Origin: Pseudogymnoascus verrucosus
Lineage: Eukaryota
NCBI GenBank assembly: GCA_001662655.1
Contig: KV460222.1
Direction: 5' to 3' (one strand)
Length of the DNA stretch: 64,000 nt
Shown here: piece after piece, positions 38,965 through 50,012 of the stretch
How the letters are laid out: each line of letters opens with the position of its first letter
Numbering within the stretch: position 1 is the first letter of the stretch
Notes under the pieces: generated by a model
Told to the model about the DNA's origin: nothing
Database searches by the model: none
What the model saw: only the letters and a program-made list of their open reading frames with translations
Translations under genes and position numbers: made by a program

Positions 38965-40569
38965 TGTAAAAAATATGAGTATGTAGGTGCAATATTCTCT
39001 GCGGATATCGAACAGAATGGATAATAAGGAAGGTATCGTGAGTCTATTTAACCTTCATGCCGGTAAACCCTTCGAGGTAGTGGAGCAGCACATGAAGGCT
39101 TGAGATAGAACATAGATGCATACGTAACCTACTATATGTGAAAATCTGGGGATTTGCGAACTCTAGACTTCAATCTACATGAACGACGGAATTATCCTTT
39201 CTGTTGTAAACTCGACGACCTCGTGCCAGCCAATTACACGGCGCTAATAGTAAGCTTGTCTGAACCAAGCAAGGCCAAGGGACCAGCTAGAACAAGATTG
39301 ATAGATCCTAAAAGGGGTATTGCGATCCTGAAAGCTTGTGGGAGGGGTCCCTTGCAGAAGCATGGGGAAAATTAAAAGTCAATGCGAAATGGTTCTCACT
39401 GCCGTAGCGACGCGTCAGTGCATACGCGGCTTGCGGCTCATAAAGTAGATTATCACCAACATTAAAATAAGGTGTGCTAGTTGAGAATTAAGGCTAGCCT
39501 ATGAGCCTTCTCTTATTACCATGCCAAGAAGCTTTTGTGGATTTATATACCAGGATGCATTTTGAGCGGCTTGGGCGGTTTCGGTGAGGCCGTAGCAGTG
39601 AGCTAATTTGTAGTTTGTGGGGTAATTTGTGAGGATTGAGTTTATCTCTGTCTCTACTCGTGAGATAAGATTCCATTTAATATTCTCGAAGTCATAGCCG
39701 ATGCCAGATTTTACTTAGGTGGTGCTTCCTGGAAGCCTTCATGTCAGCAAATATCTAACATATTTACCCAAAGTTAGAATATTGAAAAGAAGCGCAGCCA
39801 AAGACGGGCCAAAAAGGGGAGACGAAAATAGAGAGCCTGCATCTCCTCTCCACTGCGCCGTGGCCGTGATGACACGGAAAAATAGCTCGTTGCTAAGATA
39901 GTTAGACCAGCATCCTCCAAATCTACCATAGATATCCCGAAGTCAGCTGGTGAGGGTCCCAGGAAACGCACCCAGGAAACGCATCCACAACAACAGCATC
40001 CGTCCGGTAACCAGTGATAAGAAGCACCGGATATCTCCATGTGGCACCCAACTTGTCAGGCGCTGGCTGCGCCAAGAAGAGAGAGAGAATCGAAGCCGAA
40101 AACGCAACCTCGGCCCCTAAAAACCGAAAAAACAGAGATAGCTCCTGGGAAACAAAGTACGCGGCAATGCTCCGCCACCTTATCAACACGAAACCAGTCT
40201 TTACATAGCAAAATGGTCATTATCCATAATGGCCACGCCCCAAAAGATTATCCAATGACACAGGTGACTCGTCGTCAATATCCTACCGCTCATGTTGCTG
40301 CAACTTAAGTATTGTAGTATCCTCGTTCTAGTGTCTCAGCTGCTACCCCCTTCTTCTCCTCTGGGTGCCCGCAAAGAAATTAACGAGCCACTCCTTTCTT
40401 TACATGGGTAAGTAAGCGTAAGCTTCGTATAGGAATATTTGCGGATAACTAGACTAGATGCGCGGCTTTCACCATGGTATTGTCATAATTCTATCGAAAT
40501 AACCTTACGCAAGATCGTGGTGTTGGAGCTCCTATTTCCGCCTGACATTGGTTCAGCTAGTCCACCCTG

Positions 40570-40912
40570 TCCCAAAGGATTCATCGTTAGCACAAACCCC
40601 TATGCCGCATCTATCTCTCCACAAAACTTCGCTAACCCGAAAGATTTCATCCCTGAGCGTTGGTTAGGCAAGAATAAAACAGATGCGTCAGATGCAACGC
40701 GGCCGTTTAGCTTGGGGAGTAGGAGTTCTTTGGGGCGAAGTCTTGCGTGGTCAGAGATGAATATTGCGTTATACAGGTTGATTTGGAGGTATAGAATTGA
40801 GAGAATAGGTGATGAGGTGGACTGGGAATGGGAGAGTCGGATGCAATTACTACGAAAGAAGCCGAAGTTGATGGTTAAGTTAACAGTACGAGTTAGGGAA
40901 GATAAGACTTAA
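40570..40912 (+). pseudogene. Cytochrome P450 C-terminal relic with heme Cys replaced by Ser
   Basis: FANPKDFIPERW and PFSLGSRSSLG (expected FxxGxRxCxG); no upstream P450 sequence found. Confidence 0.82.
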
Positions 40913-41032
40913 TGGTGCGGGTAAGAGAAAGAGCAGTAAATGTAATCTCTAGCGATTTATATGAGTGCTATTCTATGAATGCGATGGAGTGCCAGGGTGA
41001 TATGTTGAAGTCTTTTGAGATGTGTATCATCA

Positions 41033-42672
41033 TTAGTGTACACCGTTGACGCCATTCGTATTCGCCCCCTTAACGGCATATGTTCGTCGGAATTGGTCGT
41101 CAATATGCTCTAGATAGTACACTCCTTCGCCAATACTATCCAAGTCACCGGTCGGCGTGTAGTTCTTCTGGCCGTATGCTGCTTCGCGCAACTTGCAAGC
41201 CTGTTTAGTGAGGGTCAGCCATTGTTCGTGATAGTCATAAGGAGGGATATTAGGAAGAGCAAGAACCATTGTGCCATAAGAAAGAAAGAAAAAAAATACA
41301 CACTTCGTCATATTCCTGCGGGTTGGCGACGTGTCTTGCCTCCAATCTCCTCGCGAAATCAATCTTCCCAACAATACTGCTCACATCACCTACTACCTTC
41401 AGCGTGAACAGCGTACTGGCAATCCCACTACCGTAGCTAAACATGCCAATCGTCTTGTTCTGTAGCTTGTCAGACCCGACGTGCGACAGAACGCTGATAA
41501 GTGAGCAGTATAGGCTGGCAGTGTACATATTTCCGCAGCGGCTAGGATCTTTGATGCATGGCTCGATGCGCGAGGTGAAACGATCCTTGGTAAGGCTAAG
41601 AAACTCTCTCTCAAGATCCTTAGACTTTAGTGACTCTTCGTGAGATAGGTCTTGGAGTGATTTGGGGACGCTTTTGAATGTTACGTCAGCATTGTTGCTA
41701 AGAAAATCATTGTACAGCAGTCGGCCATAAGATTTGCTGACGAGTTTGCAGTTAGGCGTATGGAAGGCCATGAAATCGAAGACATCGATTAGGCTTTGGC
41801 GTTCCCGATTCAAGACCGCAACGGCGTCTAGGTTGCACTCCTTCAGCTTGGAGTCTATAGCGAGGCGGCCGGCGTTATTGCGCAGTTGCTTGTAGCAGCC
41901 ATCAAGAGCTGAGAGATAGCAGGAAATAGAAAGATGACCGTCTACTAACGGGTATTCAGACTTCATGTCGGGCTTGTAGAAGTCGTATGCATGAGCCATG
42001 TATGTACCACGGAGGGCAGGGACATATACGATCGGTGCATCGGGGCCAACAAGAATCGCAACTGATCCAGCACCACCAGTGGGTTTTGCAGCCACGTCCT
42101 TGTAAATGGCAATGTCGCAAGCAACGACAATGGCATCTCGGCCATCCCATGAGCGAGATTCGACCCAGTTAATGGCGTTGAACAAAGCGTTGGTACCACC
42201 GTAGCACGCATTAACTGTGTCGGCACCTTCTAAGGAGTGGTTGTCACCGAACAGTTGGGTAAGAACGGACTTGACTGATTTGGCCTTATCAATGGGTGAT
42301 TCTGTACCAACTTCGAGACGCCCAATGGACTGTGGGTCTATCGAGTACTTGCGGAGGAGGGACGAGACAGCGGTCAGGGCGAGAGAACAGACATCTGCAA
42401 GACGTCAGAGTGGTTTCTTCAAATCGGCATTCGTAGATTCTAGCTGCATAACTTGCCTTCCCGGTCGTTGCAGAAGTTCATGGACTTTAAACCAAGACCA
42501 ATGGTATATTTACCAGTGGATACACCTTGGTGAGCCTCAAACTGGGACTGATCTAACGTCTATACGCAGTGTCAGATGAGCTTTGAATCTTGAGAAAAAA
42601 AAGCGCAATGTGTACCTGGCTAGGGACATAGATCTCAATGGCCTTAATGCCTACGTTCTTGGGATATGCCAT
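41033..42672 (-). CDS. Hydroxymethylglutaryl-CoA synthase, ERG13-like, probably a second paralog (4 exons, one GC-AG intron)
   Basis: GIKAIEIY, GKYTIGLG, GRLEVGTE, catalytic NACYGGT, YDFYKP, FHTPNCKLVSKSYGRL, GNMYTASLY, FSYGSG. Confidence 0.93.
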
Positions 42673-44305
42673 GGTCTGTTGCTGAAAATAAAGCTGTGAA
42701 ACTCGACGATGTAAAGTTGAACACTTCCGCTCGACTTGTTTTTTGAGAAGTGCACATAGACTCGGAATTAGTTAGAGCCGAACAAGCAAGACTAAATATA
42801 GAATAAAGGCTGTATGGGGAACATCCGGGTCAGGTTGGGAATATGCCAGCTCTAACTTAACCGGCCTCGCAAGTGGACATCCCTTGCTGCCTAATTTCCG
42901 TTATTAGTCAACTTACCTCCTTTGGGTATTACCCCGTATAGTTTTGCTCTGGTCTACCTTGCACCATTGGCAGGGTTGAGGTTGGAGTTTAAGAGGAGAG
43001 AGGAACGGCCGCGTTAATGTACAGGATTTTCCAATCATACTAAACGTATAGAACACCCGATTTTAAGGCCAAGTTTTCAAACTAAGCAAATATCTATTTC
43101 TAGATTATCTTTACATATAAATGCACTTTGATCTGCGTAAATAGGCTTCCCTGAGTTATGGCAGGACTAGCCTTGCTCACATTGGAAAGGAGATCGACGG
43201 TCGTGCTGTACTACAGTACTATAATATCTTTTTAGTGGGGGGATATATGGCGCTACTGTGTGCAGGCCAATGTCACATTCCTACTCCGTACAGTATGAGA
43301 CTCGTACAGTACATGGCCGCTGGTACCTTAGCTAATGCAGCAGAGACCTCAGGCAGGGACGCTGAGGGAGGGTATTACTAACTGCTCTGGGTAATGAAGC
43401 CACCCGCAATTGCAGGGGCATCTACAATGAGGCAATGAGGCTTTGCTTTTCTACCCTTAACTTATATAAAAGAGTATATATGATTCCAATATAGTGTATA
43501 AGTGCGGTGCTGTTCTAGCTTGCTCCACTACCGACTGTACCTACACCTGCATCGCACCTATTCCTATGATGCCCACTGTATCGTATTTCTCACGCGAGCT
43601 GTGCACTCTCTATACAACGTGCACCATACCCACACTGTGCGCAGTAGATTTCATTTCCGGGTGACGTCCCGGGGCGCCAAGCGAGCGACGGATCGGACCG
43701 CAGTTTTCTGCTATGGCTCAGAAAGTCCTAGTGTTACTTGGGGTATAATTACTTCGTTTGCTGACACTATCACAAACAATCTATGGGCAGTAGGAGAGGC
43801 TTAGGGGAATACAGAGCTGATTATTATAGAGGATGTCGAACATAAAACTAGCTATAGGAGTCAAGGGGCAGGCAAATATGCCAGGAAGGGTTATGAACAT
43901 AGTGGGTCTCTTTCGTTTCTGTTTTCGACAGAGTGGGGGAATGTTGTCGTATGTCGTGAGGCCAAATCCATCAATCCCAGCTGCATAGCATATATTAAAA
44001 CCAACAAGCCCTTGTTCACATCCTCAAAGGTCCCAACCTTCGACAGATATCTCCATACTGTAAGATGAAGGTGCCCTTTTCTCTACTTTTCTTCTGCCTA
44101 GTATTTTTTTTATTAAGCTCAATCCTATCCTCATCCGCATTTCGCCCAGCCTCGCAACAAGACCTGTGCAAACATCAGGTTCATTATCATAGACATATAA
44201 CATCCACAAACTAGACTGTCGATAGTCGATGAGAGCAAACCCTTTCAGAATACCTCACGCATAAAGGGGATATTAGAATGTTCAGCACTCTTTCGTTCAT
44301 TTAAG

Positions 44306-44683
44306 ACGGAGGTCTACACGAGCGCATGGGCGGTGACGCATGATTCTAAGTATTTTAAGGATCTCATGGACTTCAACCCCGAAAGGTGGCTTGATCCCAA
44401 CAGCCAAGATGTTAAGGAGGCCAGTCAGCCATTCTCGTTGGGACCAAGAGGATGTTTAGGCCGCAAGTTAGTTGCGATCGCTGTGCTCCTGTTTATTACT
44501 TAGTCGGACTAAGTCGGACGGAATGCAGCTTTGCCTACATGGAGATAAACTTGCTGTTGGCTAAAAAGCTATGGAAGTACGACCTTGAATTAATCAATCA
44601 GGGCTTGGACTGGCTGAATGAGGGTAAAGTTTGTAATGTGGTGGAAACCAGAGCTGTTGGTTCATTTTCGACAGCCCTCTTAG
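44306..44683 (+). pseudogene. Cytochrome P450 C-terminal relic with a frameshift
   Basis: TEVYTSAWAVTHD...FNPERWLDP...SQPFSLGPRGCLGR, an intron, then FAYMEINLLLAK. The terminal VMWWKPELLVHF is in a shifted frame (~44632) and no intact N-terminus is present. Confidence 0.82.
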
Positions 44684-44839
44684 TGGGTGCAAGAACTTTA
44701 GAGGTGCAGAAGATAGTATAATGTAGCTTTACAATAAAATTATATACATATACACTCAACATACAGCAGCAGCCTAGTTCCGTTACTCTAGTCCGCAACA
44801 AATCCACGTCTAAATATCCAACCTCACAAATAAACACAT

Positions 44840-47800
44840 CTATACCCACCCAAACACCTCTCCCACCCCCCCAACACACCTCCCAACCCCCAACCACACC
44901 ACAACCCCAACCACAACCTGCACCACCAACCCCGTCCCCCCCGCCATCATCCACTTCGGGCTAAACACCCTATACAGCATCAAATGCCTCCTCAACCACC
45001 CCGCCCCCCCCGCCGTCACCGCCCCCCACCCCAACACAACAAGCAACCACCACGCCACCCCCCTCGCCACCTCCCCCGCCACCCCTCCCCCCCTAACCTC
45101 CCTCTTCCACAGCACCACAAGCGGTACTCCCAGCCCGGCAAGTATCGGGCCACCAAAAGTATTCAACCCCACCATCAGGGGGCTCCACGGGTACACCACA
45201 GCATGCAATGGCACAAACGCGCTCTCCCACTGCAAACTGGCCAGCGTAGCCTGGTGCCCAGTCTTGAAATAGTAAAAGGACCCCATCAGTGCCAGAGCCA
45301 CGGGCGCAATGGGCGACTCGCGGAGTTTCAGCACATCGACCAGTTCCGCCAGCGCGAGGATCTGCCACGCGCCTAGCGCGAGCGCGAAGGCGCCCATTGG
45401 CTTCTGGAGAAGCAGGAGTGGCAGCAGGAGTGACGAGAGGAGAAGCAGGTACGAACTCCCCTGCGCATTAGCGTATCCCAGCACCGTGACGGTCATGCGC
45501 GAGGAAGCCGCAGCGGGCGCAGCGGTGCTGGAAGGCCCCTGGGTAGCAGCGCGGGTAATGCTGACGCAAGGAGATGAGTACGCGTACGCCACCGGTCCGG
45601 CGACAAATCCGATTCCCAGCACCACCTGCGCGATAGCTACGCGCGCGGTTTTCAGAAGTCCAGTAGGGAGGAAGGGGAACCATGCCCCGTCATCAGCGGC
45701 GTCGAGGGTCCAGAAGATGGCGCATGCGAGAAGCCCCGCACGCAGGGTATTGAGGAAGAGCGGTGCAGGGCCGCGGTAGTTGCGGGAGGGGAGGAGGTAG
45801 GATTTCAAGACTGACGGGAGCAGGAGGGTAGTGAGGTAGGGGAGGGCGAGTTGCCAGGGTGCGGATGTGGAGGATGTCGCGGAGGCGTAATATGTAGAGC
45901 GGCAGAAAGGCATTTGTTCCTCACGGCAGAGTTTAGACAGGGAGGCGAGCCATGTGAGGAGCGTGAAGAGGACGGCTTGCGTGATTCCCAGGGTTCGCTC
46001 GGGCGAGGGGAGCGAAAAGGAGGCGAAGAGGAAGATGAGCCCGAGAGTGGTGAGGAGGAAGAGCAGGATTTGGTCTTCCCAGATTGTGAAGGAGTTGGCG
46101 CCGAAGCCGATGGCGGGGAGGGCGGGGAGGAGCAGCGCGAGGAACGACCACGGTGTTGTGGGGAAGGGTGCGCGGTAGGGGAGGGGGGAGCCGACGGCAG
46201 CGATGAGGGCGGCGAGAAGACTGCAGGCTGTGGCGCCGAGGAGGGTGTCGTTGATGGTCGACGGTTCGGGGGAGAGGGAGGATGCAGTGACGCCGAGAGA
46301 GGCGCCAGCGAGGATTCCGATGAAAGCACCCTTCACGACAGAGGTTGTGAAGTCATCTGGCTCGGAGTCCATCCCGTCCGCATCAGCGTTCGCAGGGGCA
46401 TCCACACCGTTCTTTTCAAGTTGCAGCTCCGCCTGCTCGAGCTCAGGCGACATAACAGGGCTATCCGTGCCGGCATTCCGCGCGAAGAGGAGAAGCACCA
46501 CCAGACTCGCAGCCATGATCGCAAGACCCTGAACCATACTCGTCACATCAAAGCGCGCCCACAGTCCACGGCAAATATCTAGCGTCTCCCGCTGATACGC
46601 GGTGAGCAGAGCATACGCCCTCTTGTACGTCCCCTTCTCCCCGCCAAGGCTTCTTTGTAGCGCCTCCTGCGCACCCCCCCAAAGCGCCCTCGTCCCAGCA
46701 TTCCCTTCCTCAATGCCCCTAGCCTTGAAATAGGCATCCTGATACCTCTCCACACCAGCGGCCGTCATGGCAGCCACACTAGCTAGGTTTGCCCAGTCAT
46801 TGCCCTTCCGCCCCGCGAACGCCTCCTCAATTGGGCGTCCGAGGTTATTAAATGGAATAGGCAGACCCAGCAGCAGCGCCAGCGTGGGCACGAGATCGAT
46901 CTGGTTCACAGCGCGAGCATCCTTCGCAGTTGCCGGTGGCAGCAGCGTTTCCGGGGCAGTGCGCCCGAAGATCCCGCGGCGCGAGTACATCCACAGCGCG
47001 GCTTGCACTTCGTCGTCGCTCTCGCCGCCGTGGTCGCCCTTAGCATCCATACCATGATCACCCATCACAACAAGCAGAGTGTCGTCGTCAAGCGCAGCTA
47101 CGATATCGCGCAGCACGCCGTCCATCTGTGCCAGCTTCGCCGTCATGGCAGGGTGATCCGGTCCATACCGATGTCCCGCATGGTCAACGCCCAGGAAGTG
47201 CGCAATCAGCACATCCCAGTCCTCCTTGCCAACGCCAGCTGCTCCAGCGGGCTTCTGCTTCAGCAGCGGCATGACGTGCTCGATGACCCCGTTATCGAGA
47301 GTATGCAGATCCCACACATTGAAGCTGTCGTAGGCACGACTAACATTTTCCTCAAAGTACCCCGGAAACAGCGCCGTCCACGTATCATCCCCCAAATGCG
47401 CAATACGCCTCCCTGCCACCTTAAGCTGCATGAGCAAATTATCCTCCTCAATCGCCGTCCCCGCAAAATTGCTCCCCGCATCGATGAAAGTCGGCAAAGT
47501 CCCCGTCGTCAGTCCCTTCAGGCGCTGTAAGGTTGTAGTCGGCGGGTCGGCGATGAACGGGAGGAGAAACGCATTATGCGGTTCCTTAACAGCCGTCTCG
47601 TATAGGAAGGGTAGGGCATTATGACATGCCAGCGCCGGCTGCTCCTCACTCCCATTCACAGGCACCGCGAAATCATAACGCAGCGCATCCACAATAACCA
47701 CAACCGCCTTCTCAAAGCTCCTCGGATGCCAGCACCCCTCCCTCGCCGAGTCCGGTGTATAGTGCCTCGGCGGGTCCGCACACGTCGAGTGCTCCTCCAG

Positions 47801-48064
47801 CACCAGCCTCGTGAGCAAGAATCCCTTTGTAAAGAAGTAAATCCCCGCAGCGTTAACCAAGAACAACCATGTGAAGAAGAGGGTCGTCCAGTTCCACTGA
47901 CGCCGGAAGTCGGCGGCGCAGATGGCGTCGCGCTTTTCGGCTGCGGTGGGGAGGCGGGAGGCTTCTTTTTTGATGGCGGCGGCGGCGTCTTCTTTGGCTT
48001 TTATTTCGCGCGCTTTGGCGTAGAGGGCTTGGATGCGCGCGTAGTCGGGGGAGGAGGAGGCCAT
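44840..48064 (-). CDS. GPI13: GPI ethanolamine phosphate transferase 3 (Gpi13/PIG-O)
   Basis: FFTKGFLLTR, IVDALRYDF, DPPTTTLQRLKGLTTGTLPTF, HFLGVDHAGHRYGP, GDHGM, TGHQATL, RRHLMLYRVFSPK. First ATG is at 48064 (the ORF track starts at an upstream GTG). Confidence 0.95.
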   Translation of the reverse strand: MASSSPDYARIQALYAKAREIKAKEDAAAAIKKEASRLPTAAEKRDAICAADFRRQWNWTTLFFTWLFLVNAAGIYFFTKGFLLTRLVLEEHSTCADPPRHYTPDSAREGCWHPRSFEKAVVVIVDALRYDFAVPVNGSEEQPALACHNALPFLYETAVKEPHNAFLLPFIADPPTTTLQRLKGLTTGTLPTFIDAGSNFAGTAIEEDNLLMQLKVAGRRIAHLGDDTWTALFPGYFEENVSRAYDSFNVWDLHTLDNGVIEHVMPLLKQKPAGAAGVGKEDWDVLIAHFLGVDHAGHRYGPDHPAMTAKLAQMDGVLRDIVAALDDDTLLVVMGDHGMDAKGDHGGESDDEVQAALWMYSRRGIFGRTAPETLLPPATAKDARAVNQIDLVPTLALLLGLPIPFNNLGRPIEEAFAGRKGNDWANLASVAAMTAAGVERYQDAYFKARGIEEGNAGTRALWGGAQEALQRSLGGEKGTYKRAYALLTAYQRETLDICRGLWARFDVTSMVQGLAIMAASLVVLLLFARNAGTDSPVMSPELEQAELQLEKNGVDAPANADADGMDSEPDDFTTSVVKGAFIGILAGASLGVTASSLSPEPSTINDTLLGATACSLLAALIAAVGSPLPYRAPFPTTPWSFLALLLPALPAIGFGANSFTIWEDQILLFLLTTLGLIFLFASFSLPSPERTLGITQAVLFTLLTWLASLSKLCREEQMPFCRSTYYASATSSTSAPWQLALPYLTTLLLPSVLKSYLLPSRNYRGPAPLFLNTLRAGLLACAIFWTLDAADDGAWFPFLPTGLLKTARVAIAQVVLGIGFVAGPVAYAYSSPCVSITRAATQGPSSTAAPAAASSRMTVTVLGYANAQGSSYLLLLSSLLLPLLLLQKPMGAFALALGAWQILALAELVDVLKLRESPIAPVALALMGSFYYFKTGHQATLASLQWESAFVPLHAVVYPWSPLMVGLNTFGGPILAGLGVPLVVLWKREVRGGGVAGEVARGVAWWLLVVLGWGAVTAGGAGWLRRHLMLYRVFSPKWMMAGGTGLVVQVVVGVVVWLGVGRCVGGVGEVFGWV

Positions 48065-48480
48065 GGTGCTTGGGACGGTTGGGTGGGAGCCGTGTCCGAG
48101 CTCTTGGGTGTAGATTGCGTTGCTGTTCACAGCATAAGATGTGTGGGTTTATAGGATCATAAAGCTGTATCTAAAAATGCTCAACCATATCCACCCAATT
48201 GACAGGTGTAGTAAGAAAAATAAGTGTTTCTTGTTGTCGTCCGTTGGTGTTTGAATAGGAACCGGACGCGGCGGAATATAAATTTCGAGGGGTGCCCAGA
48301 CAGGGTGACGTGAGTGGCCCTCCCATCACGTGAATCCCTAGAGCTGTCCCAAAACAATCATCAAACCACTCTGAATTCGTCTTAGCGTTCATTACACTAG
48401 CGCGATTTCAAAAATTTCCCATCGCCTATATATACACCTTTCACTCCCCGACCTTTTGACCTTTTTCTTCTTTTCTTCTT

Positions 48481-48672
48481 TAGCTCTCTTTGCCTATTGG
48501 CTTAGATCAAGTGTAGTATCTGTTCTTTTCAGTTTAATCTCTGAAATTGTCCTATTGGACAAATCAATGATTAAATCTATTTTTGAAACGAGTCTTGGGA
48601 CCGCTGGGTTTACTCATGTTCCAGGACACAGTGTCTCTGGTATTACACTGCCTCCAGATGACGCGACACACT
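48481..48672 (+). ncRNA. U2: U2 spliceosomal snRNA
   Basis: CTCTCTTTGCCTATTGGCTTAGATCAAGTGTAGTATCTGTTCTTTTCAG 5' region with branch-pairing GTAGTA (48513-48518), Sm site ATTTTTG (48579-48585), 3' stem-loops and upstream TATATATA (~48427). Ends approximate. Confidence 0.95.
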
Positions 48673-49280
48673 TCATTTTTCATTGCATTCTCTGGCTTGT
48701 TTCCAGGGTTGTGAAGAAGATTGGTTTGGATAGTTGTAGGCGTAAATAATCGAGCTTGTGATGTGTGATATATGCGGAAGGAGGTTTGTGAGGGAGTTCG
48801 ATGAATTTCAAGATTTGGTGTTGTGCGTGAGCCTGAGCCACCAAACTCGGACCATCAGTAGATCATCACTCCGTACGGTAATTCACGATTTGAAGGTTCT
48901 GCAGGAACGCGAGGGAGTAAAGGATTACACCGGGCGTACAGTCGGTGAATTGAATGAAAAGGGCCCATTTATACATATCACAGCAAAACTTAATATAGTC
49001 AATCAATGAATTTCGCTACAAGCGGTCGTCTGTATTGCCTCTATGGACCCCAGAAATGAAGGGAATGGCTGCTTCCCAGCTCAAACCAACGACAGCCAGA
49101 GAGCAAGCACCGCTAAACTGAGTAATTGTTTTGTATTCCCAATCGCCCGCTCCTTGACGAAGAAAAATGCCAATGCAGAAAAGTAAAAACAGAGCCTCCC
49201 CCAGAAAGTGATGTGAACACAAAAAGCCCCTATGTTCGTTCGTATGGCGTCTTTTTTTTGTACAGGAACTTTCGGACATC

Positions 49281-49281
49281 G

Positions 49282-49322
<41 letters not shown>
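49281..49322. repeat. (GTT)14 microsatellite
   Basis: Direct reading. Confidence 0.95.
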
Positions 49323-49323
<1 letters not shown>

Positions 49324-49511
49324 GATAGTCCGCAGCGAGTATATAAACATTCCCAAGACTTTCCAAGGCCCACCCAAAAAAAACAGGGTCTCATCAGAGG
49401 AGGCAAGCGCAGAGGAAAAAAAGAGCCATCAAGTCGTTAAGCAGCCACCCATTCCGAAATTCTCAAAACCCCCTATCCAGTCCCATAGCATAGCCAAGCC
49501 CCAGGGCTCGC

Positions 49512-50012
49512 TCACAGGAACTCCTTCTTCTCCTTCAGCCCGCCCATGAGGTCCATATCCAGCTCATCCCACTTCTTCCCATCGCGCTCATACTTGGGCA
49601 GCTGCTCATCCCTCACCGGTTCAAGTCCTACGCCCCCCTTCTCCCCAACCCTCACGACGACCACGCGCCCCTTCAGGTGGCGACCCTGTCCATCAACATC
49701 ATCCGGGAAAGTGATCCTGATTTCCGGCACCGGCGAGCTCGGGCCGGAACCCGGGCTGGAGCTACCGCTGCTGTAGCGCTTCTCGTCGTAGTAAGGGGGT
49801 GCGGAGACGTGGAGGTCGTGGATGTTACGGGTTTGGTAGGAGGGGAGGACGGTGTGGCGCGAGGCGCGGTGGGCTTGGTATTTGCGGACGGCGTAGATGA
49901 GACCGACGGAGACGAGGCCGGCGAAGGAGAGGGAGACGAGGACGATCATTAGGTCGATGGTTAGGGGACTTGAGCCGTCTTCGTAGTCGTCGCGGCGGAG
50001 GAGGGAAGGCAT
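49512..50012 (-). CDS. Small single-pass membrane protein (166 aa) with PxIxIT and PY motifs
   Basis: TM segment LMIVLVSLSFAGLVSVGLIYAV followed by RK; LPSY, PPYY, PEIRIT, LPKY; good start context (CCGCCAAAATG). Confidence 0.8.
   Translation of the reverse strand: MPSLLRRDDYEDGSSPLTIDLMIVLVSLSFAGLVSVGLIYAVRKYQAHRASRHTVLPSYQTRNIHDLHVSAPPYYDEKRYSSGSSSPGSGPSSPVPEIRITFPDDVDGQGRHLKGRVVVVRVGEKGGVGLEPVRDEQLPKYERDGKKWDELDMDLMGGLKEKKEFL

Noticed and set aside
39480..40430. Possible transposon or LTR remnant with short ORFs
   Set aside because: No recognisable transposase, gag or RT motif and no terminal repeats could be confirmed by eye.
44984..48154. Many plus-strand ORFs overlapping GPI13 (similar shadows over TSC2, GCN2 and PUF3)
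   Set aside because: Antisense shadows of GC-rich coding sequence with no independent motifs.
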